NCBI GenBank assembly: GCA_021613535.1
Contig: CP075493.1
Coordinates: 4,464,001 to 4,528,000 of the forward strand
DNA length: 64,000 bases
Reading direction: 5' to 3'
Source of the DNA: Adineta vaga
Lineage: Eukaryota > Animalia > Rotifera
Part shown: piece by piece, positions 1-12,800 of the stretch
Numbering within the stretch: the stretch's first letter is position 1
How the letters are laid out: every line of letters begins with the position of its first letter
Made by a program: the position numbers and the translations under genes
Notes under the pieces: generated by a model
The model's database searches: none
Seen by the model: only the letters and a program-made list of their open reading frames with translations
Told to the model about the DNA's origin: nothing

Positions 1-486
1 ATTTTTTTGCTCTATCAATGATAACAATAACTTTTCTGCTCTTAGCATATATTCAACTTTTTCGAATTAAAAAAAACAAATAAATTGAAATTAAAATATA
101 GGTTATCTAGGAGATTTTCTAACGAATAAACCATGTGTATTATACATTGATTCTAAAATTACATTCTCCATATCAAATACATGATATAGATCAATGACAT
201 TTGTTTAGTGATGATTACTTTATTGCTAATGAACGATTTATGATCATTACATAGTATGATTTATATCTAGTGTAATATTTCCACATTAAGGTTAGAAAGA
301 GCAGCGAACGATAACGTTAACAAAAAAAGAAAAGTAAAAGGTAACACAACCACGTGGTGTAATTGATCTTGAAACTAAACTGACGAAAACAAGGACGTTT
401 AATAATGTATGATTTCTTTTCTTCATCCATCAAGTAAATGTGATGTATAGTTATGTTATTCTTTCATTTTTAATTTTAACATTACA

Positions 487-2265
487 ATGCTATTTGAACA
501 ATTAGCCAATGAACTTCTACTCGACTTGTTCGATTATTTGGATTTTATCAATCTATTTCGTGCTTTCTATGATCTCAATCATCGTTTCAATCAATTGATC
601 TTCTCTCAACTTCAAAAATATCATCTTGATTTTCGTTCAGTACCAAAATGTGATTTTGATCTTGTTTGTCAGGAATATCTATTATCGATTCAAAATCAAA
701 TCATTTCACTTCATCTTTCCAATGATGTCGACATACCAGAATTACCTCAAGTTTTTCTTACTCATGGTCATCATGTTAATCAATTTATTAATTTAAAATT
801 TCTTTCAATTCGTTGTCAATCTTTTGCCATATTAAAACAAATCTTAAATGAATGTCATCAGCTCTCCTATCTTACACGTTTATATATTCATACAAATAAT
901 TATGATTGTATAGAATATAATTATCGTCTTTTAATAAATCGAATTTGGAGTCTATCACAATTAACTTATTGTCATATAGATGTTATGTATTCTTCTTCAA
1001 CATGGTTTAATCCTATGACAATTATTTCGTCATCAATACTCTGTTTAATTACTACAGGTACTTCTTATACAATCAATAACCTTTGTAATCTATTCGAACA
1101 TACACCTAATCTAAAACGACTCGAAATAGGTAATATTATTGAATCTCATGATGTACCATTGCAAACGATCTTTCCATCATTAACTACATTACGTATGATG
1201 TTGGATATTTCTATAGAATCAACAAAATCTCTTTTTCAAATCGTACCTAATCTACGTTACTTGATGGTTCAAGTGAATAACATTGAATTCAATGGATTAG
1301 TATGGGAACAAATCTTCATCGATTATTTGACGAATATTAAACGTTTTCGATTACTAATGAATATTCAATTTTCACTTGATGACTCTAATGATGATATCGA
1401 TGAACAAATTGATGAACTATTCGATTCATTTCAAACTGACTATTGGATGAAAAAACAACGATGGTTTGTTCGTTATGATCGATATCAGATGAATTCTAAA
1501 GATACAATTGTTCTTTATACTTTACCTTATCCACTCGATACATTCTCTTTTATTGGTGGATGTCAATCAAAATCAACTAATCCAAATGATTTAAATCAAT
1601 CATCATCTTATGATCAAGTTCAAACACTTGAACATATACATAATAATCAATACAATATCTCATATAATCGTATTCTAATACCTATTCAATGTGCAAATAT
1701 TCATCATTTGAAACTAAAATTTCCACTTCATGAACATTTCTGGTCAATGATTCCAACATTGGATCGTCTGATTTCTCTTGATGTAACATTATATGAAGAT
1801 AGAGATTATTCTCAATTACAACTTCTACTTCAACGAACACCTCATCTTCATTTGTTAAAATTTTGTCATCGAAATAAATTCTCCTTGGCTTCATTCAATA
1901 TCTACAATGCATCTATTCGACGACTTGCCTTCTTTCAAAATTCTGGATTTCGTTTACATTATTTCGATAGCATCGAATGTGCATTGTTTACTAATTTACC
2001 ATTAGCATCTCAATGTGAAATTCTTACTATTGATGTTCAAAATCGTATAGATATTGTCAAATTAATTAACAATATGCCTAATCTACAAGCCATGAACGTT
2101 CATTGTCGAGATAGTATTAAATATCGATATGAAACTGCAGAAGTAAATGATGATTTAATTCAATGGTTACACAACCATTTATCCAAAAATTATTCATATT
2201 CTGTCATTCGAAAAGGATATACAAATATACCATTGATTAATATCTCGATTAATCGACGAAAATAA
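487..2265 (+). CDS. F-box domain / degenerate LRR (RNI-like) protein, intronless
   Basis: 592-aa ORF; N-terminal F-box-like FEQLANELLLDLFDYL...LNHRFNQLI followed by LxxL-rich repeats (TPNLKRLEI, VPNLRYLMV). Confidence 0.8.
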   Translation: MLFEQLANELLLDLFDYLDFINLFRAFYDLNHRFNQLIFSQLQKYHLDFRSVPKCDFDLVCQEYLLSIQNQIISLHLSNDVDIPELPQVFLTHGHHVNQFINLKFLSIRCQSFAILKQILNECHQLSYLTRLYIHTNNYDCIEYNYRLLINRIWSLSQLTYCHIDVMYSSSTWFNPMTIISSSILCLITTGTSYTINNLCNLFEHTPNLKRLEIGNIIESHDVPLQTIFPSLTTLRMMLDISIESTKSLFQIVPNLRYLMVQVNNIEFNGLVWEQIFIDYLTNIKRFRLLMNIQFSLDDSNDDIDEQIDELFDSFQTDYWMKKQRWFVRYDRYQMNSKDTIVLYTLPYPLDTFSFIGGCQSKSTNPNDLNQSSSYDQVQTLEHIHNNQYNISYNRILIPIQCANIHHLKLKFPLHEHFWSMIPTLDRLISLDVTLYEDRDYSQLQLLLQRTPHLHLLKFCHRNKFSLASFNIYNASIRRLAFFQNSGFRLHYFDSIECALFTNLPLASQCEILTIDVQNRIDIVKLINNMPNLQAMNVHCRDSIKYRYETAEVNDDLIQWLHNHLSKNYSYSVIRKGYTNIPLINISINRRK

Positions 2266-2476
2266 ATAAACACATTTTCTATTTCATTAATTATTGTAAT
2301 TATATAAGTATTCAAACGAAAGAAAGGAAATCGAGATGCGTGACTATATCGTTTCATTTTTAAAGTATAATTAATTTCTATAGTGCCTTTTATAATCGAT
2401 CGAGAAAGTTGAATGAAGTAAATCATAATTTACATTTCTCTTAGAAGTATACAGACAAAACTTGAATCTTCGAGAG

Positions 2477-4376
2477 ATGAAGTTATTGAAATATTATTTT
2501 ATACAGATATTATTACTACGAAAATGTATTGGTATTTATGGTCAAATATTTCAATCTATCATGAGTTTTGAGGCAACGGCGACTGAGTTTTTACCGGCAA
2601 ATTCTATTGAACTTATAACAATGTACGATGATATATCATCATTTACTTCATGCTATATTCGATGTAGTATGAATCCATTATGTCGATTATTTGTTAGTGA
2701 TACTAGTTGGTCATACGTCTGTCGTCTCTATCAAGGTTCAATTGATACAGGTTCTCTTATCATCTCCATCTCCTCTACATCTCGAGTAGGTATTCTTCAT
2801 TATGATGCATCATGGTATGAAGCTTATAATCAGATATGTCATTCTAATAGTATCTCATCCAATCGATATTTAACATGTATTAATAATAGATTACAGTGTC
2901 CGATGAATACATACTGGAATGGATCGATGTGTTTGAATCAAGTCTATTATCTTGATTTATGCTCTACAAACGAAGATTGTCGTCAAGATATTGATCTTCA
3001 ATGTTCTTTATCATGTCAGAAATGTTTATGTTCTTCTACTACATTTTGGAATGGTTCATTTTGTGGTAAATATAACTATAACTATCTTTCATAATATTCT
3101 CTTCATTACCATTATAGTTCCATCAATATGCCCAACATTTCTACCAACTGATCTAAGTTTAATTGCATTTTGGTTGTTCAATGGTGATGTTACTGATTCA
3201 ATGAATAATTACAATGGCATATCGATGGGTAGTTCAATTTTTGTTAGTGGTTACCTTGGTCAAGCCAAAAAGTTTGCTATGAATACTTATGTGAAGATAC
3301 CTTATATTAATTTTGAGCAACAGGATTTTACTGTTGAACTATGGTTTTATCTTACTAACGCCATTACTACTAATATGACTCTATTTAGTGAATGTGCAAA
3401 TACTAGTCTTGTTGATCAATGTTTTTATTTTGGAATTACTTCCAATGAAACTGTATATATGAATGTTGGTGAAGATGATATTTACGGCACAACCACTGTT
3501 GATATTAAAATATGGCATCATATCGCTTTTATTTCTGATTATTATCGTCGTCAACAGTTTATATATCTGAATGGATTATTAGAAAAGATAAATGCATTTC
3601 AAGCAACTACTGCTCCTTTTCATTTAGGTTTGTCTGGAAATGCAGCGATTGGAAGTATAGCCATGTTGAATAGATATTTCATTGGTAATATTGATCATGT
3701 GTCCGTTACACTTCGAGCAAAAACTAGCAACGAAATTATGAATGATGCCACCTTTGTTGCCTATTATTCATTTGATTGTGGATCAACATTTGATTCAGGT
3801 CCTAATCTATTACATGGTAATGCTAGTGATTATACAATAGTTTCTGGTCGAATAAATGATGCTCTTCAATTAAATTCAGCAAATTCTTATTTTCAAGCAT
3901 ATGGATTCAAAGCTTTAACTTCTCTCATTCAACCTTATTCGTTTTCACTTTGGATAAAACCACAAAATTTAAGTGGAACTTTAATTCATCTATCGACTGA
4001 AGCAACTGGCACTGGTTCATGTTTATCTACACTGGGTTTTCTACCAAACGGTGCTCTCATTGCTATAGGACCAAACAGTTTATTTTCCGTTGGATATAAT
4101 GTGACCAAAAATACTTGGACACATGTCGTCCTTACCTTTAGTCCAGCAACTGGTATACGTCTCTATCTAAACAAAACCATGTATTCATCGTCCATAGTCA
4201 GTGTATCAGGTACACTAGGTAGTACTGCTTATCTAACACTCGGTAGTAGATTATCTGGACCATCAAGTTGTGCCTCACCATATCTTATTCAAAAAGCATT
4301 TCTAGGTACTATTGATGAAGTACGTGTTTATAGTCGACTTCTCGATGGGTCTGATGTTTGCATGTTATATTCTTAA
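2477..4376 (+). CDS. Secreted PAN/Apple-like + Cys-rich (EB-like) + two LamG/concanavalin-A-like domains; exons 2477-3065, 3118-4376
   Basis: Two track ORFs join in frame across a 52-nt GT..AG intron (3066-3117; ...SFC-V-PSIC...). LamG motifs FTVELWF, WHHIAF, GNIDHV, WTHVVLT, GTIDEVRVYSR. Confidence 0.8.
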
Positions 4377-4513
4377 GTGATCACAATTATTATTCCATTT
4401 AGTAATTGAAATAAATTCATATGTGAAAGTTTTTCTTTAAGATAATTGAGAATAATTGAAGTCACGCAAATTTATGAACATGAACGTATTTTATAGTTTT
4501 CATGAGTTATTTC

Positions 4514-4741
4514 TCAATTGTTTTGAATACAGTTCATAATTCCTTGTGGAATATAGCCAGGTTGACAGGCACATATATTATTGTGACAAATTGAATTGCC
4601 AACTAAACCACCACAATTTGTATCCGAATCACAATGATAACCAAGAGCACTATCATAAATGAAAGTAGTCATAGTAGTACTTGGATAAGTAGTTGGAACC
4701 GCAGTTGCTGTTGCAATTAAAAGTAAAAGTATAAACCGCAT
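4514..4741 (-). CDS. Small secreted Cys-rich (EB-module-like) protein, ~75 aa
   Basis: ATG at 4741, signal peptide MRFILLLLIATATA, six-Cys module LGYHCDSDTNC...NSIC...CACQPGY...C. Confidence 0.7.
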   Translation of the reverse strand: MRFILLLLIATATAVPTTYPSTTMTTFIYDSALGYHCDSDTNCGGLVGNSICHNNICACQPGYIPQGIMNCIQNN

Positions 4742-5317
4742 TTTAAAATCTAAAATTGTATAGTATAAAATCACTTCTTTCACTCCTTCTGTCTAAGATA
4801 TGAACAATAATATCCTTAAATATTCACTCTATTTAAACGAAAGTTATTCTTTCAATTTCTATCCTTAAATTGATTAAATATCATTTGATAACCTTTTTCT
4901 CTCATAAATATACAAAGACAACAGATGGAAGCTTAATTTATTTTCGTTTTAAGAATATGCAAATATGCAATAAAAAATGTATGCACGACTTGAATCATAA
5001 GGACAAAGATTAGAAAGATTTAAGATGACGTTTTTCATGTGAAAGTTCGACGTCATACACTCTTTCATACCGACATAAAATTGAACTAAATTAGAAATAA
5101 ATAATAAAATATTAATTACAGATAAGCAACAAATAGGTGTACATACTTTACGTTCGTTGGCATCATTATCAGTTGTTCTTTTGATCTAAACAATCATGCG
5201 CATAGATTTTATTTCTCGTTGAAAGATTTTGAGCTTTAGTCGGATATTTTTCTAACTTTCATAATGTATTATACATATATTTTGTAGTTGTTGGAAACGA
5301 CTGATTATAACTATTAA

Positions 5318-7053
5318 TCAAGTAGTTATTGTATTTTCAATATTGCATACTTGTAAGTCATTCATATCTCTATGACAAAGCCATAAATGAATAGTAGAAA
5401 AAGATCCGAGATGGTATCGATAAGTATGTTGCTGATTTTGTTTCTTAAACCATTTATAAAAGTGTCGAAATGACATCTGTTGTGATTTATTATTTAACCA
5501 ACTTAATGAAATATATGAAAGTTGGGTTTTTAAATGATGCATTATCAAACGAATTCGACTAAAAGATTTGACAAATCCAACATGTAGCCGTTCTAAATTA
5601 GGAAATTGACGACATAAACGAGATGCACTATCGATAATATGAATATCAAGTATACGAATTTGTTGCAGAGAAACTGGTCGTTTCCAATGATAACCTGGTA
5701 ATGATTGAAAATTGAGATGATACACTTTTGGTAAAACATTAGAGAAGATTTTTCTAAGATCTTCGATAAAAACAATTTCCGATAATTTCAGATAATAAAC
5801 ATTCGATAAATCAGCAATCGAAAACAATTCAGTTAATGGAATTTGGCCAGAAAATGACAGTCTTGTTATATTAGTAAAACGATAGAATGGCAATGATCGA
5901 CATAAACATTGATTAATAGTCAGATCATTAATATTTTCATAGAAAAACGGATTATCACGTTCAATACTTGTATAAATAGGTGGTTCAAATGATGAATGAA
6001 AATTGTATTCAGCAGATTTTTCAACAAATCGAGGAACTGTATAAACATATAATCGTTGATCATCATAAACTATATACCATTGTTTTTGTTTAAGCCAAAA
6101 TACTGAACAAAATGTATTTATAAAAGCAATTGGATGAATAATTGCCTTTTGAATTTTGAATTTAAAATCAAATATAATCAAATGTTTAACAATTGGCATC
6201 CAATCATCACCATTGAATATTTCCGATACTATTGCTCGTAATTCGAAGTATCTTAATTGTGGCATTGTTGATAGTAATTCTTTGATATCATCCATCCACA
6301 TTTCAATATCTAAACAAATGAAATATGTAGAAAATTTGTGTCACCTAATCAACGTCTTCATTCACGAAGAAGTGAATATTGTCTTTCTCTATTCTTACGT
6401 GTATTAAGCACTAATCGTTTTAGATTGATTGGAATAGTATCAAGAGTTCGCCAGAATTCGTTTGTTCGGTATATCGTAATTTCTAATGTATGAAGAATTG
6501 GTATCATGTGAAGTATGCTTTCTAAATCATCGATACTACATTCTTGAATAATCAGATGTCGAAGATGAATTAATTGTTCAGGATAGGTTGTGAGATAACA
6601 TGCATTACTTATAACTAAGCGTTTTAATTGTTGAAAAATTGATTGTAAACCTGTTGTGATATCGCAATTAATTATTGACAGTGATGTTAAATGATTATCC
6701 GCAATTTCGTTTATAGATCCAATCAATTCACTTAATGATTTATCATTTATTTCAATCAAAGTTAATGAACGAAGTGAAGTAAAATATCTAATATTAAATT
6801 GAGAAATAAATAATTCAAATTGATCAGGAGTATCATCACAATTGGATAACGTTAATGAAACGATCTGCTTGGGTTGAATATATGAATGTACCAAATCAAA
6901 GTGTGTTCGAAGACAGGACTGAAAATTAACATGATATCGATTGTAATACAATACTATCGAATCAAAATAAGTATCAATATTCAGAAAGCCATTCAAAATA
7001 TCAATGGCGGAAAGATATGTAAAAATTTCATATATGATTTCTGTCGGTAACAT
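5318..7053 (-). CDS. F-box / LRR-like protein; exons 7053-6399, 6309-5318
   Basis: F-box MLPTEIIYEIFTYL; an 89-nt GT..AG intron (6398-6310) joins both track ORFs in frame; same family as the 487-2265 gene. Confidence 0.8.
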
Positions 7054-7351
7054 CGTACAAGTTAAAACATGTTCCGTTATACAATTGTATTAGAACATAT
7101 ATAAATATACGTTTGGTTTATTTTGTATAATTTCGAAATACTACAAACTATCGTCATGAGAATGTTTCAAGGTTTGTAAGGACAAAAATCGAGTATAATT
7201 ATACTATTGACGTCATGTGGTTATAGATGCTATACGACTCTGTCTATATGTATGTAATTACACAAGATACAATCTCGAAAATAAAAATAGTAAATACGAT
7301 AATAACTGTGATTAAAATAGATAAAATTTTATTTCTCATTTTTATCAATTT

Positions 7352-8962
7352 TTAACAAGGTGGATATTTTATTTTTAAATATTCCATTAAACTTCTTGTC
7401 TGCGTTATGTTTGTATCATATAAAGTGATGACATTTGTATTATTTAATTGTGTATAATCACGTATATAAGATGTTGTTGCTACGGAATAATTAAGTCCAC
7501 TTTTCGATATATCTGTTCCATTGAAAAGCCATGTTTTACCACCATCAGATGTTTCAATTCGTGTATATGCAAGAAACATTCCATTACCTTTCAATGATAT
7601 ACCATATGTAAGTACTTGAGCAAGTAATACTCCAGGAACAGATATTGCAACAACACCATTTCCAAACGGTAATGTACGTAAAATATCATATTGTGAAATG
7701 GTTTCACGAAGAACATCATCAATTCGTACAGTTCCACCGTTGATAATACCAATTACTGTCCCATTACTTGCTGTGAAACTTAACATACTTTCACAAATTA
7801 AAGCAGTTAATTCCGTTGTAAAACTTCGTACAGATTCCGATCTACCATCTAATTCAAGACCTGGCGGTAAACAAGATACAATTGCTAATGGTTCATAACC
7901 TAATGCTTGAAAACCTTGAATACCTAAATTAAACCAATGATTCGCAACGATTGCTGTTTGTTTTTCATCCGGTATATCGGAAGTAATCGATGCTAAATTA
8001 CTATAAACACGAAATTGTTTTGTATCTAAATTGAAAGCACAACGATGAATATAAACAGTGAATGCATTTGCATCAGCTTTATAGATCGGTGTATACTTTG
8101 TTCCTCGTAAATAATAATAATTTTCATGTTCATGTCCACCAAGAATTAAATCAATTTGAGGAATTTTTGAAGCAAGTGCAGTATCAATTTGTAAATCTAG
8201 ATGAGTTATTGCTACAAGTACATCGTATGTGTTATTCGAAAAAGATTTTAAAAATTCTTGAACATATGAAACTAAAGATGTTTGATTAATATATCGAATA
8301 TATGAACCCGTTCCATCAACAGTTAAACCAATGAAAAGTATTCGAACTGTACCAATCGTAATAATTTTATGTGAAATACTTGAACCAAATAATTCATTTG
8401 AATCTTTTCGAAAGACATTAGAACTAATCCATGTAAATGTTGATTCATTCATTCGTGTAAGTAAATCATTTTCAGTTAAATCAAATTCGTGATTTCCAAA
8501 TGTCATCAAATCAAGACCGAGTGTATTCATGGTTGCAATCATTTGTTTACCATTTAAATTTGTTCCATTTACCTTTGATAAACTCAATGCTGATGGAGAA
8601 AGAAGATCACCAGCAAGAATTGTATATGTATGTGGATTTTCTTCTTTTAATAATTGCCGAACGTAAGCAACACGTGCTAAACCACCTTTACGTCCTCGAT
8701 CAAGTGGTAATAATTCATAAACATCATTCATATGTAAAAATGTCCATTGTACATATCGGCCATCTTTAGGTAAACGAATTGGATAACCGATAATTCCATT
8801 TTCAACAGCATAAACATACGAAGATACTTTCGTATTACGCCATAAACTAGCATATACAATAGTTAAAATAGTAAGAGATAGAATTATACCAATTAAGATT
8901 GTAAGAATAAGTCCATACGGAAAAAAAGACTTTTTCAATCGATCAATGGTAATTGGTGCCAT
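7352..8962 (-). CDS. 5'-nucleotidase/apyrase family (calcineurin-like metallophosphoesterase + 5'-nucleotidase C-terminal domain) with N-terminal membrane anchor, intronless
   Basis: Motifs HMNDVYE, AGDLL, GNHEFD, ITH, GGHEH, NGGTVR, LPFGN; hydrophobic segment at aa ~17-40. Confidence 0.9.
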   Translation of the reverse strand: MAPITIDRLKKSFFPYGLILTILIGIILSLTILTIVYASLWRNTKVSSYVYAVENGIIGYPIRLPKDGRYVQWTFLHMNDVYELLPLDRGRKGGLARVAYVRQLLKEENPHTYTILAGDLLSPSALSLSKVNGTNLNGKQMIATMNTLGLDLMTFGNHEFDLTENDLLTRMNESTFTWISSNVFRKDSNELFGSSISHKIITIGTVRILFIGLTVDGTGSYIRYINQTSLVSYVQEFLKSFSNNTYDVLVAITHLDLQIDTALASKIPQIDLILGGHEHENYYYLRGTKYTPIYKADANAFTVYIHRCAFNLDTKQFRVYSNLASITSDIPDEKQTAIVANHWFNLGIQGFQALGYEPLAIVSCLPPGLELDGRSESVRSFTTELTALICESMLSFTASNGTVIGIINGGTVRIDDVLRETISQYDILRTLPFGNGVVAISVPGVLLAQVLTYGISLKGNGMFLAYTRIETSDGGKTWLFNGTDISKSGLNYSVATTSYIRDYTQLNNTNVITLYDTNITQTRSLMEYLKIKYPPC

Positions 8963-9877
8963 TAGTACAAAAAAAGTCTACATAAATAATTCTTTCTTTT
9001 CTTTTTTACATTTATTAGACGATAAATATCGAATTATACTAAAGATAAGAAGGCTATACTCTTTGATAAGAACAAATGAGAGGGAGAGAGAAAGAGGACA
9101 TTTATTTCGTTTTGTCCATCATCAATGTCATTTTGAAGAGTATAGATTATAAGCAACAAATAAAACGAATGGTTTATCTTTGTAAAATAACTAAATTATG
9201 TATTTATCTGTTATTTTTGAAAAACTTATCAACACTCATCATGTTTAGGTAGAAGAAAATTATCTCGTTTTCTCTTTTGTATTTTCGTTCTATTGCAAAA
9301 TGAAAACACGATGCAAATATCAAACATAATAACATAGTACCTAAAAGGAATATATAATATAGATTTAAAAACAGAGTATGAGAACATAAAGATTATGCAC
9401 TTTTGTCATTATATTATAACGAAAAGAATGACAATAAATTCTTTTTTCTTTCACTTAAACGCTTATCAATCTTTCCATTATTGATACAAATGTAGATTAA
9501 ACTCAAATTCTGTAATATCTCGAATTCCTGACGGAATGTTACTTTCCAACATACTGTGTGTATGCATGTGTTTTTTAAGACAACACTTTGTCGAAAGAAA
9601 GTATTCTAATGGAATAGAAACCAAATAATGCATCAATAACAATTCTTTTTTCGATTCTGTTCAAGAATCCACGTCTCTTTTTTTCATTCAAATTGCTGAA
9701 GTAATAACAAACAAAGAAACACTTTCACGCAACTCTTGTGAAAGCATCACAATCTACTTGTAACGACAATTTCGGCGAATTATTCTCTTTTTTTTTCACT
9801 GCTCTGAATTTTTCTCATAAATAAAAGTCTATAAATCTTCGAGCACAAACACTGGTAATACACATAAACGTAAATGA

Positions 9878-12800
9878 ATGGCACACAACAATCGCCTCAC
9901 TCGTTTTACAGATGCAGCAGAAGAGCCTACAAGAGCCTTAACACCAATCAAAGGTTACGAGACAAAAGATTTAGTGTCATTGGAAGAGGCGACTGCTGAA
10001 GTAGATCCACCTATTTCTGATGTCGACAGTATGGTTTGGTTAGCAAAACGTGACTCCCGTAATCCATTAGATGAACTGACTTCCGATGAGTCAGCTTCCA
10101 TTCGGCTTTACACATCGGAATGGCCGGAAACGGAGCAGAGCGTTTATACAATATTGAACAAAAAATTGCGTTCCTCGAGACGACATGAACTTCGACCATG
10201 GTTTTCGTACCTAAAATTATTCTTAACTGCATTGTATAAATTACCATCATTGAAAACAACAATTTGGCGAGGAGTTTCTGGTAATATTGATGAACTTTAT
10301 AAAGAAGATTTTATTTGGTGGGGTTTCAGTTCATGCACTGCAACAATGAAAGTTGCAGAGAAATTTGTTGGTCGTACAGGTGTCCGTACATTATTTATGA
10401 TCGATTGTATCAATGGGAAATCTATTGAGTCACATTCACAATACAAAGATGAAAAAGAAATTTTATTAATGCCAGGTACATTCTTACGAGTTATTGATAA
10501 ATGCAATCCGGCCGATGATTTACACATTATCCGATTGCAAGAGGAGACACCGCCTTATCAACTGATCGCTCCACCATTTACTTCAGCATCAGCATCAGCA
10601 TTGAGTGTTAATACGTCGTCTTTTCAAAAACTGACAATATCCACAAGTGGTGCATCTACAACATCAGTTGGTAAGTTATTTTCTTTCAATAATGAGCAGG
10701 TCAGATATAACTATTCAGTGACTTGGTAAATGAGGTTAGCTATTTTTGTCTCTTATAAATAGAAAATAATAGTATAAGTAGACATAGAGCTTACATAAAT
10801 TATAGAAAACGAAGAAATAATTTCTTGAAATATTATATAAAAAATGAATAAATTTCACAGTATATCACCAGATAAAGTTACTGATTGTCTATATGTTACG
10901 AAAAAAATATGTAGAAGGCGTGTATTTCCCCTGAATCCTTCAAACTCGTTGTGTTTTGGCAACATTGTCATTATACTAGGTGATGATTAAGGATCAGAAG
11001 CTTTTCTACTTATTTGGACAAAAATAAAATGCAGGAAAGACTCGCTTCCAGCCATAAATTGCATATAATCTTTTTAGCTGTTCTTTTTATTCATTTAGAG
11101 ACAAAAAAAACAACGTTTTTATCGAAACCTCCAACATACAAAAATCCAAGACTTGAACAAAAGATCAACGAGAACAAAGACGAGTCTACTATTTTTTTAC
11201 ATTCTTCTAACTGGACGGATGACGATATGGAAATCGTTGCATATTATTTACTACGAGACAATAAGGTCAGTAATATGTTTTTCGTTTTCATCCTTATCAC
11301 TTAGCTGTCGAAAAATGAGAGATATTCCCAGAAAAAGTAATTTTTAGAAGCTACAAAGCGAAGCTACGCTCTGCATGTCAAAAGAATAAATTTAGCAAAC
11401 ATACGTTCGTATGGCTGTTATGACATTTCACAAAGCCCTAAAAGACCTTGTTTGATGAGACAATCTATTTAGAAGCAGAATGATCGCAGATGCAGTATAT
11501 TAATAGTGCGATTAAAACCCTGAATGATTTGATTAATATACAAGGTATGTAAGGAAAGCAGGAATAAATCGCAGTCTATCCCTTTTACCACTTTATATGA
11601 TTCAATGCAGGATACATAGCACTATACTAAAGTACGAGTGTGTATCTGCCTTTTTGTTTCCATGTCAAAGGATACTTCATTGAATTAACTATAGTCGTGC
11701 AAAGATTTGGATGCTTGTGAAAGATCCTAAACAATTTGACATGTTAAAAACTGGAGCAAAATCATAGATTCCTTGCTATAGTATTTTCATAATAAGGTCA
11801 TGATATTCACTAAATATTTTTCTTGTGTATCAAACAAAAGTCAGTTTGCAGTCAGATCATCCAATATTTTGATGGACCTCACAGTTCTTTTTCCTTACCA
11901 TCAGAGCATCTTGGTGATTGGTACGATGCTAAGCTACCTTTCTTTTCCTGGGACATAGCTTTCTAAGATATATTCAGTTGGTATTAGAACATAGGTACTT
12001 GACAACCAAAATCTAACAATTTCAATAATAGCTATATCCATGCAACAGTAGTACAAAGTAAAAGGAACATCGCTAACATTTTCATAGACGAATATGTTTT
12101 TAGAAAATGAGAACTAAATTAGAATGCTACTGTACAATAATCGAGAGAAAATGAATGTGTGAGAGTAGTAGATGCATGGTAACAAAAAATACAATAAAAC
12201 AATAACAATTGTAGCACTTCATAACTTCTATGTATAAGAAAGTTTAATGCGTAAGTGTAAAGCAATATTTTTTCTCATCGGGAAAATGCATGGCACAAGA
12301 GTTGCACTACTACCCGCAAGCAACTACTTGGATTTCATTATGGCCTTGGAACTGAAAATAAGAGAAAAATTTTTCACTCAAAGGCTAAAATTGATACTGT
12401 AATTAAAATATTCAAACTGATCAATAAAACCGATTCAGCTCATACTGTTTTGACCAAAAAATTGTTTTTCAAGAAAGCATTCGTTTCTGAGTAATCTCTC
12501 AATTAGTGACGCTTTTATTAAAACAACTATTTCAAACCACTGAACGAAATCTATCTCTTAAAAAGCACCTTGAGTATCTATTTTTTCTTGTAGCAAATCT
12601 AACGCTAAATTCTAATCGATCTATTTGACGTTATACAAGATAGAAACTTAGTATTTCTTTCCGAATTTTAATTACGAAGAAACCAGATGATACTTTTCTT
12701 TTTCAATCGAATTATTGCGATAACAACTAATTTTCCTGACTTCTGGAACGTTTAAGTGCACGAAGATGATATTCATTTTAGGTACTGATATTAACAAATA

